The notes below the pieces were generated by a model. That model saw only the letters and a list, made by a program, of their open reading frames with translations. It searched no databases and was not told where the DNA came from. This document shows positions 27,445 through 37,636 of a stretch of DNA of 64,000 nucleotides, one piece after another. The translations under genes and the position numbers were made by a program. The stretch is from the NCBI GenBank assembly GCA_038087875.1, contig CM075999.1, forward strand, positions 1,366,001 to 1,430,000. Reading direction: 5' to 3'. The DNA comes from Malacoraja senta (taxonomy: Eukaryota). Position 1 is the first letter of the stretch. The number at the start of each line of letters is the position of its first letter.

Positions 27445-29008
27445 TGCGGCATATCCACCTCTGCTGTGCAAGATGCACTGAGCAAGGTGAATGAGCGCAA
27501 AGCTGCCGGCCCCGATGGCATCCCTGGCCGGGTGCTTAGGGCATGTGCTGGACAACTATCCCCAGTCTTTACTGACATTTTCAATCTCTCACTGGCCCAG
27601 GGTGTTGTCCCCACTTGCCTCAAGACATCAACCATCGTGCCAGTGCCCAAACAGTCAGCCACAGGGAGCCTCAACGATTTCCGCCCAGTGGCACTCACCC
27701 CTGTCATTGCTAAGTGCTTTGAGCGGCTGATCTTGGCTCACCTCAAAGCCAGCCTCCCCCCCACACTGGACCCCCATCAGTTTGCCTACCGGGCCAACAG
27801 GTCTACAGAGAACGCCATATCGGCGGCCCTACACTCTGCCCTGACCCACCTGGACAACAACAACTCCTACATCAGGTTGCTGTTCATTGATTTCAGCGCC
27901 GCTTTTAACACTGTCATCCCCGCCAGCTTGATCACCAAACTCAGCGGGCTTGGCATCTCCACCTCCCTCTGCAACTGGACACTGGATTTCCTCACCAACA
28001 GACCAGTCTGTTAGGGTCAACAACCTCACCTCCTCCACTATAACACTGAACACCGGCGTGCCACAGGGCTGTGTGCTCAGCCCTCTCCTCTACTCCCTCT
28101 TCACCCACGACTGCATCCCTAAGTACGGATCCAACGCCATTATTAAGTTTGCTGACGACACCACGGTGGTAGGACTGATCAGTGACAACGATGAGTCAGC
28201 CTATAGAGGAGGTCCAGCACCTGACAACCTGGTGTGCCAACAATAACCTCGTCCTCAACTCCAAGAAGACGAAGGAAATTATTGTCGACTTCAGGAAGGT
28301 CAGAGGGGGCAGACATACCCCCATCCATATAAACGGGACTGAGGTGGAGCGCGTCTCCAGCTACAAATTCCTCGGGGTACACATCTTGGAGGATTTGTCC
28401 TGGTCCCTCAACACCTCCAAGCTGATCAAAAAGGCACAGCAGCGCCTTTACTTCCTGAGGAGGCTCAAGAAAGCCCACCTGTCCCCCCAGATCCTGACCA
28501 ACTTCTACCGGTGTACCATCGAGAGCATCCTGACCACCTGCTTCACGGTATGGTACAGCAGCTGCACTGTTGCGGACAGGAAGGCACTACAACGGGTGGT
28601 GAAAACCGCGCAGCACATCGGTGCCCCGCTCCCTGCCATGGACACCCTCCACCGAAAACGGTGTCTGAAACGGGCTGGGAAGATCATTAAAGACCCCTCC
28701 CACCCCAACCATGGACTGTTTGCCTTCCTCCCATCAGGGAGGCGGTACAGGAGCCTCAGGTCTCGTGCCAGTAGGATGAGGAACAGCTTCTACAATTATA
28801 CCATCGCATTGCTGAACTCGGAGTCCTGCCGATAGATTCCTCCGGTCCCTCCGTCCCCATTGTTAATTATTCTGTATTTTTGATTATTCTGTATCTTTTT
28901 TTTTTAAATTTCTATATTGCACTACTACTACGGACTGACACAAAACTGCATTTCGTTGTACCCATACTCAGTATTTGTGCAATGACATTAAAGTTGAATT
29001 GAATTGAA
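27445..29008 (+). mobile_element. Rex1/Babar-type LINE, 5'-truncated, frameshifted RT
   Basis: [16 protein letters not shown]...[10 protein letters not shown]...LDPHQFAYR...IDFSAAFNT...GVPQGCVLSP...FADD...WCANNNLVLNSKKTKEIIVDFRK; attaaa(gttgaa/ttgaa)n tail. Confidence 0.92.
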
Positions 29009-30330
29009 ATCATGGAGCTGGCTGCCTTTCTCGAGACTTACTGTGAGCCCCACCACGGGACCGTGGACTTGACATCGCAGCCGATCCCTTGCCTGCGAGT
29101 TCACCATCGAGGAGCTCGCAGTCTCGGGTAGAGACTGATGTCGGGAAGTTCCAAAGTCGCAGAAGGTTCGACCAGCCCCGACCCTGGGTAGATCGGCCGG
29201 CATGGGGCAGCTGCCCCGACCGCCGGCTACAGGAGCCAAGATCCTCCCGACAACGTTCAAGGCCCCTGTATTGAAACTAAAATAGTACAACTCCTTCAAA
29301 TTAGATATGGTGGGGAAGGCAATTGATATTTATGTTATTTAACCAATTCGGTGAATCCTCTCATCTCAGTCCTCTTCCACCCTCAATAAGCATTTAAAAA
29401 CTACTCAATCTATCTATGATTATGCAAAACCGTTTATAAACAGATGAGCAATGCTGATCTCCATTTTGTGTTCACATTCTGTTGGGGCCCATCTGCACAA
29501 AAATTTCTCTAGCATCACTATTAATTCCTCTAGCATAACACACGTGTCCAAACATTGTCATTTGTGCCACGTCACTAAACTTCAATTCCCTGCGAGGTTA
29601 CTCTTGCTTTTTAAGATACTTCAAAACTGTCTCTTTGAACAGTGTTTAGTGACTTATCTTGAAGTCTCATTGTTTTAATTAAATTTTGTCATTACTTCAA
29701 AGTCCTCAGACATTTCACTATATTAAAGGTGATAATCTGAATTGTCATAAACTACCAAATTTAGTGTCAAAGAAACAAGATTATTTTAGCTATTTATGGT
29801 AGTGTTCTCCGGTACAAGTTCTGCATTTGTTGTCCTTGGGTACGACAGGTGTTAGTTAGGGTGAAACAGCAGGGTAACACTGTTCAGTGCCAGGAAATAT
29901 TGCCCTTTGCCCCCCCACCTTTGAAATATAGCTTTTAAGAGATTCAAAAGCAGTTCATGAACTTGTCACACAATGGTTTCAATGAATGTCAAGAACCATT
30001 TATTAAAATACCTCTGAACATACTTCAGTGAAATTGCAAGTTAACGCGTTGCAGCGTCTTACTATTGCCAGTAAGACTGTTAGTTTTACAAGTAAGCAAC
30101 AGCTGCAATGACTGACCTTAATACTTTAAACACTTGCTCTACTGGATATGCTTAAATTCCTATAGTTGATAGAATACTATCTTGGGATTAAGACCATTAA
30201 TAAGAGATGATAGCAGTGTTAAGGAATATCAACTGAGAAGCTCAAGATGTTTGGGTGAAGTTAAATACTGGTGGTAGTTGAAGATTGAGCACAAAAAGTA
30301 GTTACATTGTACAATAGTATTAGACTTTAG

Positions 30331-30572
30331 TGAAGGTGCAAGTGAACCTCTGCGTAACATGAAAGGACTGTCGAGGGAGATTTAGCTACAGGTGTTGCAT
30401 CTTCTGCAGTTGCAGGAGAAAGTACCCGGGGAGGGGGTTGTTTACGCAGGAAGGGATGAGTTAACCAGGGAGTTGCAGAGGGTACAGTCTGCAGAAGGCA
30501 GAAGAGGTGAAAATGTGGCTAGTGGTGTGATTCCGTTGGAGGTGGCGGAAATTTCAGAGGATTGTGTGTTGT
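30331..30572 (-). mobile_element. Degenerate Penelope-like fragment
   Basis: Alignable by eye to 18670-18950 (gtgaacctc...gttgcagg...ccgttggaggtggc). Confidence 0.7.
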
Positions 30573-31176
30573 GATTTTAGAGTAATGTGGAGCCAGGAGC
30601 AAACCCAAGAATGGCATCAAATTGTTGCTAGGATCAGAACCTAGGACAGAATCCATGCCAAATTAAACTGCATATGACCCCTATCCCATCAACCCCTGCA
30701 TTTTGCAATGTGCCTTGCAAAAATCGTCATAAATGACACTAACGTTTAACTTACCACCACCCCAGCAGCACATTCCAGGCTGCAAAATATCTGTTCCACA
30801 TCTCATTTAAACTTTGCCTTGGTACATGTGACAATAATAAACTAAAGGAATTAGGAAAATGTTTGAATATACTTAGGTAATTTTGAAAAAACAAGTACCC
30901 TTTTAAAACAAGAAATGGGATTTAGCCATATTGAACACTTACAAGATACAATAAGGAACCAATAGTTGCATTGTAATGAACTTGTGAAACGGCGTGTGAA
31001 AATGCAACACGCTCATTGCACAAGAATCAGAGTGGCCTTTAATACAATGCACATGGGAGTATAAAATTTCTGATAACGACCCTTGGTCATCCAAGTTTGT
31101 AAAGCCAGTCCTGTCCCTTTAAGGCATTGTTAAGATGCATTTGCAAAATGATTTAATCTGCACTTCAACACAAACT

Positions 31177-31182
31177 TTTATT
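31177..31182 (-). terminator. Poly(A) signal AATAAA of the snoRNA host gene
   Basis: AATAAA ~185 nt after acceptor tttatttcAG (31369-31368), preceded by U-rich sequence. Confidence 0.65.
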
Positions 31183-31606
31183 GAAGGTGCAATACAAAAA
31201 GAAAAACAAGTACATATCAAATTAAAAATTTAAAAACAATCGTGTCCCTCCTCTTGAAACCAAATGTTGGCAGCTCCAGGGGATAAAGGGCATTAAAACC
31301 CAATGGGAGTCCATCTGTCAATCAAGTGAAACATCTTGTTGGCCTTCTTGTTGGTGTACCAGGGAACCTGAAATAAACCAGAATCATTGCAATTGGCAAA
31401 TAAGCCTAGTTCTTAACTATTATTAGAAATATCAAAATCTCTCCCAATGTACATTGGAGTGCGGGAGGAAATCAGAGCACCCAGAGAAAACCCACACGGT
31501 CAGAGAGAACATACAATCTCTGTACAGGCAGCACCTGTAGTTGGGATCGAACCGGTTCTCTGGTGCTGTAAGGCAGCAACTCTACCATTGCACCACTGCT
31601 TTAATA

Positions 31607-32415
31607 CAGAGCTGCCAAGTTGTCAGAGCATTTCAGTATTCTAGTACCTGAAAATCAGTATTTTGCTGAGGAAATCAGTATTTTTACACGGTGCCATTTT
31701 GCTGAAACAAACGTTATTTTTTAATGTGCGATCATACCCATGTAAGAGTACAAGAATGCATAACTTTGCTACCAATTGACATGTCTTCTACACACCTTAC
31801 TTGACTGCATTCATTGCCATCTCTTTGTATACTGCTGTTTGAACGGCTGCTTCCTGCTTTTAGCACAAGATGATGTAGAAGCCATTTTGGAAGCCTCCCT
31901 CTCCCTCCCCCCCCCCCCTTGAGCCCACCACTGTTCTGTAAAATCAAGGCCAATCCCAATGTAACTGCAATCCCACTGGTAACTTTTCACCACTAGGCTT
32001 ATCCAGAATTCTACCACTGCCTGAAAAATAATCAAAGGCTCATCTTCCACTGAGAAAGAATTCCAAAGACTCATTGTTATACGATAATTTTCCTGAACAG
32101 TCTGTGACCCATAGTGACATTTTTAAAGCCCATAACGCTCCAGCCGGTAGCGCTATATTTAGAACACAGCGCTGCAGCCGACAGCTCTTTGTTTAAATTC
32201 CCACTCGTTAAACTGACAGCGCTGTTTAAACCTGGAGCTGGACAGGCAGTGACTCCGGAGAGAAGGAATGGGTGACGTTTCTGGTCAAGACCCTTCTTCC
32301 GACGGAACTGAACTCTGTATTTAAAATCCGTATTTACCAACACAAAATCGTACATCAGTATTCTTATCGCATTTCCGTACAAAATACAGAAAATCCATAC
32401 TACTTGGCAGCTCTG
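31607..32415. mobile_element. Non-autonomous DNA transposon (hAT-like termini), 14-bp perfect TIR, flanking TTAATA direct repeat
   Basis: CAGAGCTGCCAAGT (31607-31620) / ACTTGGCAGCTCTG (32402-32415); ttaata at 31601-31606 and 32416-32421; subterminal aaatcagtatttt repeats. Confidence 0.8.
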
Positions 32416-32538
32416 TTAATATGTTGCAGTGTTAGTATTGAGGGCATCTTGATGGCCAGGGAAATTGCAAGCGGAAGTCTAACACTGCCCAATTTGTTGA
32501 GTGATCTCAATCAATGGTTTGAGTTTGTTTTGCAAGGT

Positions 32539-32751
32539 TATTGTACCGCGCATGGTTTATCTTCCCAGCCACTGTAGACTGAGAAGGTCTAGGAATATAC
32601 ACGATGCAGTCCTCACCAGCTTAAAAACTGGGGACACTTGCTCTCCAACGTCATGGAATGGGACTGTACGTCACAGACCAAAGGTCTACGCTCCCACATG
32701 CCACACGGACAGAGCCAGACAAGAATAAACTTGCTGGATGCCCACGTTGGG
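32539..32751 (-). ncRNA. SNORA73: U17/SNORA73 (E1, snR30 family) H/ACA snoRNA, copy A
   Basis: Reverse complement begins CCAACGTGG, has box H AGAGCA, m1 ATATTCCTA, m2 AAACCAT, and ACA 3 nt from the end; ~213 nt. Confidence 0.93.
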
Positions 32752-32972
32752 TTTCTTTAGTTTAGAGATACTCTTACACTAAGGAATGAACATTTCAACA
32801 AATCACCTCTTTGCACTGCATCGCCCGGCATTCCTGACTTTCAGCCGATTCCCCAGTTGAAGATGGACACATCTTTGGTACTGTGCAACACAAAAGCAAA
32901 GCAATTCAACAAAGTCACCAATCAACCAAAATCAATACCATTCATACTCATCTTTATTCCACTCAAGGAAGC

Positions 32973-33189
32973 AATTGTATCCTGCATGGTTTATCTCCTC
33001 AGACACTGCAAAGACTGAGAAGGTCTAGGAATATACAGGGTGCTGCCCTCACCAGCCCAGTGACTGGGGACATGCTTTCTCTCCAATGTCATGGAACAGG
33101 ACTATACATCATAGACTACAAGTCTATGCTCCTACACGCCATACAGACAGAGCCAGGCAAGAGTAACCTCGCTGGATGCCCACATTGGA
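32973..33189 (-). ncRNA. SNORA73: U17/SNORA73 H/ACA snoRNA, copy B
   Basis: TCCAATGTGG start, box H AGAGAA, CCTGTATATTCCTA...AAACCATGCAGG, ACA box; ~217 nt. Confidence 0.92.
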
Positions 33190-34814
33190 ACATTAATGGA
33201 GGTGCCAAATCCACTACTGGCTGTATTTGCAAGACCATGGCTTTACAAAGAGTAGTTTGGAAATTGGCATGGCATATAATTACAAATATAATTGGGACCA
33301 TGTACAAATAAATGTGTTATATTCTACTTGGAGCTTAAATTTGGTGCAGCAAATAATACTCACCATAAGATCTCAGCTACCTTTGCCAAATGTTCTCTCC
33401 TGCAAACAAAAGGCATAATTTAATTTGGAGTTCTCCACACCACTGTTACTGAAAAAGCTACAAGCAGAACTATATGTTTAACTTAATGGCCTGGTTTCTT
33501 CAATTGTATTCAACTCAACCTTAAATTCTTGTGTTCAAAGACCATAAAGATTTCATGCTCATCAATATTAAATGAGAATCCCAAAGAAACTAGTAGAAAA
33601 ATCAGTTTAATAGAAGTTAGCCATGAAATTAGTTTGTTATTTTTGATGACAGTGCATAATAATCCACATTATGGGATACTTTTGACAAAAGGCTGAAGCC
33701 CCAAAATGTAGTGGATAATCTCAAAATTCTTCCATCAAACCAGTAAAACAAGGCACTATTTTTGCTTCCACAAACGTCACCACGGCATCAATAAAGTGAC
33801 AATAATAAAACTTTGTTTTTCAACTGCCCACTCAATAATCCAGGTTCACATTAGCTAAAGTAATGGTTTACTTGGTTTCGAAATCTGATATCATGACACA
33901 TAGAACGGCACCTGGTCATCGCAGTAGTAAACCTTGGATGTTAAAAATGGAACCTTATCAACATCATTAACCAAGCCACTTGTTGACAGTCAAATCAAAA
34001 CAGGTAAGAACCAAAGGTACACAAAAATGCTGGAGAAACTCAGCGGGTGCAGCAGCATCTATGGAGCGAAGGAAATAGGCAACGTTTCGGGCCGAAACCC
34101 TTCTTCAGACTGGTAAGAACCAATGTTTGGTAAGAACCGATGTTAGTTCAAAGGGCCTGACCTGAAACATCACCTATTCATGTGTCGGAAAGAATTGCAG
34201 ATGTCTGAAGAAGGGTTTCAACCCGAAACGCTGCCTATTTCCTTCGCTCCATAGATGCTACCTCACTCGCTGAGTTTCTCCAGCATTTTTGTCTACCTTC
34301 GATTTGTCAGCATCTGCAGTTCCTTCTTAAACAAATAACTGCAGATGCTGGCTTAAATCAAAGATAGACACAAAATGCTGGAGTAACTCGGCAGGACAGA
34401 CAGCATCTATGGAGAGAAGGAATGGCCGACGTTTTGGGTCGAGACCCTTCTTCAGACATTACCTATTCATGTTCTCCAGAGATGCTGCCAGATCAGTTAC
34501 CTCAGCACTATCTTTCGTCCCCCCAATCGATATCTGTTCAAGAGCACTCTTTTAAGATATATATACAATTATTATAACTACAACATAACCCATCAAGATC
34601 TTTGAAAAGAGATTGCCCATTGTTGACCATGCTGATTTAATCACCTCCCAATGTTTTAGGCTAACAAAATCGGTCACACTACAGTTGCAAAAGTAGGATC
34701 TGAAAGCAAAAAGCTGCAGATGCTAGAAATCAAAACAGAAAATGCTCAAAGCACTTGACATCCTGATCAAAGGTCATCAGGCTAAAATGCCAAATGATTC
34801 CTCAGATGTTATAG

Positions 34815-35022
34815 ACATGTACCCTGTATGGTTTATCTTCCCAGTCACAGCAGAGAGGGGAGGTCTAGGAATATACAGGATGCAGTCCTCACCAGCTCAA
34901 AGCCAGGGACATGGTTGCTCTCCAACGACATGGAACGGGACTGTACGTCATAGACCAAAGTCTACGCTCCCATACACCACACGGACAGTGCCAAACAGGA
35001 GCTGCTGGATGTCCACGTTGGG
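34815..35022 (-). ncRNA. SNORA73: U17/SNORA73 H/ACA snoRNA, copy C
   Basis: CCAACGTGGA start, box H AGAGCA, CCTGTATATTCCTA...AAACCATACAGG, ACA box; ~208 nt. Confidence 0.93.
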
Positions 35023-35272
35023 GGGTGGGGGGAAATGCTTCATTTAAAAAATATATATAAAGAGATTCACCAGCTCAGCTCACCTGAAATATGTCTGTTC
35101 TCACAGTCCCGACTTGCAAGCTTCATCCACATTGGACATGGATAGAATTCAGCCTCCCTGGAGAAGAAATGCATTAAAACAAATTAGAATAAGCCATCAA
35201 CCTTCCTGAAGTATTAGCATTTTCCACCCCATTCTCAATCTCACCCACAAATTTTCAATCATTTTCCCCAAT

Positions 35273-35490
35273 CAAGTAGACCATAGAAGGTTCACCTTCT
35301 TGGTCACTGCAGATACTATGGTGCCTTAGGAATATCTAAGGTGCTACCCTTACTAGTCGAAGTCAACTCTCATTTCCTAAAGCATACACAGATGATGCAA
35401 CTTCATTCCACAGAAAACTGATGCAGTTCATGTTGCAAGGACACAACCACTCTCCCCGACAACACAGGGGTCACGTGTACTAGGCGTGTC
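35273..35490 (-). pseudogene. Degenerate fourth U17/SNORA73 copy
   Basis: m1 ATATTCCTA retained (35335-35327) with flanks alignable by eye to copy B. m2 reads GAACCTT and ACA reads ACT. The 5' boundary is uncertain. Confidence 0.55.
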
Positions 35491-36974
35491 TTACACAAAG
35501 TAAAGGAAATAGTGTAGGCACTTCACAACAAAAACAGCTAGAATGTGCTCAATTACACAAGCACTTTTATAAATAACTAAGTGTTCACTTTTCTTAATTC
35601 ACATCAATCTGAACCAATTACCTTAAGACATTCAGCGACATTTATCCAGTTATTCGCGTAGCCCCATCTGATGTGTCCAGTGGATAGTTATGAACATCAT
35701 GGAACATTCACCTGTTAATGAACATCTATACATAAATCAAATAAATTTGCTACCTTAAAAAACATTAAATTGATAAATATTAAACATTTACCTCCATAAG
35801 TACTGCAGCTCGTCTCAGGAATCCATTCCCATGTCCACTATATGATGCCATTGTACTGTGGAAAGTAACAAGTGCAGTTGATTAATATACACTAGTACCA
35901 TTTCGCCAATAAACCCCAGTACATGTTTTAATTTAAAGTTTCTCAAACACAGCATTTCGCAGCCAATGCAAAAAACTTAATGTTTACTGCATCGGAATGA
36001 CCATTTCACATGTCCACAGGTGAAAAGGAGGTCACATCATAACTCTTAACCCAAGTATCTTTTGATTATGCACCGCATCTCATGCTGTATCTACTCCTTG
36101 CATGTACAACTACCTGACCAGATCCCAAGCCATATTTAAAAACTAATAAGGCTATCCAAAATATCAATATGGCCCCACTTGCAGACTTAACCTCCATTAA
36201 GATCCAAATTAGAGCATTACAATTTGCCTCTTTAATGGCACATGCTGTGGTTCCTCTCAGGAAAAGAAAAATGTGCTATAGATATATAGATATTATATAT
36301 TATATCTCAAGGTCCATGATGCAATAAATGCAGGGAATACATTTTGGTCCCAGTGATGATGGGAAAGGACATAAAACTAGAAGCCATCTATGTAAAACAA
36401 GCATTAGAAATAAGAGTTAAAAAGCAGCCATTCAGGCTGGAAAACAAGGATTGGAAACACGTGGTCAGGAGCCAGATGGAGGAAAAAACTTGGATCGCGG
36501 GAAACAAATTGCCTGGGTCAATACTTCGGTCATGATCATACAATGCAGAGGCAAGACCTTTGTCCACCAGGCCGTGCTCTCCATTCAACACATTTACACT
36601 AATTGCCTGTATCCCCATCCTCTCCCGAATCCCCCGCTCTTCCACACACGTGGAGTGATTTACGACGGCAAATTACAGGTCAGGGTGGGGGGGTTTGCTC
36701 CAGTGAGTTGTTCGTAACACGAGGCCGGATGAAGTCGGACACTGACCTCCCGGGAGGCAGAAGGTCCCTACAAACCCCACCCCGCCGGTCCCCCACGTCC
36801 GCATGTGGGGACTGCCCGCATCGCTGGCGCTCGTAACCCGAGGGAAAGCCATAATCTGCCGGCCAGCCAGCCGGGCACGGGAGATCGGAGGAAGGAACTC
36901 CCCCCCCCCCCCACAGTCACAAGTATAAAAACTCCACACCCGAGATCTATTACTTCATCCACTCACTTTAGAAC

Positions 36975-37323
36975 CAGGGACAATTTACGGATGTCAATTA
37001 GCGTTTAAAAAACAATCCTCCCACGCAATTAGCGTCTTTTGCAGCGTGGGAGGGAACCGGAGCACCGGGAGAAAACCAACAGGTCACGGGGAGAACGTAC
37101 AAACTCCGGACAGACAGCGTGTTAAAGAAGGAACTGCAGATGCTGGAAAATCGAAGGTAGACAAAAATGCTGGAGAAACTCAGCGGGTGCAGCAGCATCT
37201 ATGGAGCGAAGGAAATAGGTAACGTTTCGGGCCGAAACCCTTCTTCAGATGAGTTTCTCCAGCATTGTTGTGTACCGGACAGACAGCACCCGTGGTCGGG
37301 ATCGAACCCGGCTCTCTGGCGTT
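36975..37323 (-). mobile_element. V-SINE interrupted by a Penelope-derived insert (37119-37274) with 13-bp target duplication
   Basis: B box (gggatcgaaccc on +) at ~37298; ccggacagacagc at 37106-37118 and 37275-37287. Confidence 0.8.
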
Positions 37324-37594
37324 GAGAATTCCACAAATTGACAAAAAAAATTGAGTGAAAACGTTTTTCCTCATCTCAGTTCTAAATTATTATTCTTAAT
37401 CCCGTAATAATTTCATACGTTTCTATTAGATTCCCTCTTATCCTTTTAAATTCCAGTGAATAGAAAGTTCACCCACGCCGCCGCTCCCGGGGCCGCGTTG
37501 AAGGCCTCTCTCCTCTCCTCTCCCCCCACACCGCTACTCACCCCCTTGATGATGATGACACTCACTCCCTCACTCACTCACTCGGCGCCGCTGC

Positions 37595-37636
37595 AAGAGA
37601 CCGCGCTCTCCCCCGACCTGCCCTTTTATAGGGCGG
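37595..37636 (-). promoter_or_regulatory. TATA box (37630-37624) plus 5'TOP/TCT initiator (C at ~37599) inside a small CpG island (~37470-37750)
   Basis: Minus strand reads ccgccc-TATAAAA-gggcaggtcgggggagagcgcggt-CTCTT-gcagcggcgccga|GTGAGT; 31 nt from TATA to the initiator C. Confidence 0.82.

Larger units (their letters stand above)
31160..37599 (-). ncRNA. SNHG3: snoRNA host lncRNA (SNHG3/U17HG-like); predicted exons 37599-37582, 35855-35792, 35711-35622, 35157-35084, (34699-34645?), 33399-33364, 32880-32807, 31367-~31160
   Basis: TATAAAA at -31, pyrimidine initiator CTCTT, short exons with polypyrimidine-AG and GT donors separating each U17 copy, no long ORF, terminal AATAAA at 31182-31177. 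Lies between PHACTR4 and RCC1 on the same strand. Symbol is by position and snoRNA cargo, not exon homology. Confidence 0.8.

Noticed and set aside
31778..31896. Possible H/ACA snoRNA on the minus strand (gcttcc/ggaagc stem, ACAGCA, terminal ACA)
   Set aside because: It lies inside the TIR-bounded DNA transposon 31607-32415. Box spacing is off and it matches no family I recognise.
35622..35711. C/D-like boxes (ATGATG...CTGA) on the minus strand
   Set aside because: No terminal stem; the segment is bounded by AG/GT sites and is better explained as a host-gene exon.
36743..36756. TGACCTCCCGGGAG match to 7SL RNA, and HDV-ribozyme-like words nearby
   Set aside because: Short matches only. The rest of 7SL is absent and I could not build the HDV double pseudoknot. 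No telomerase template either.
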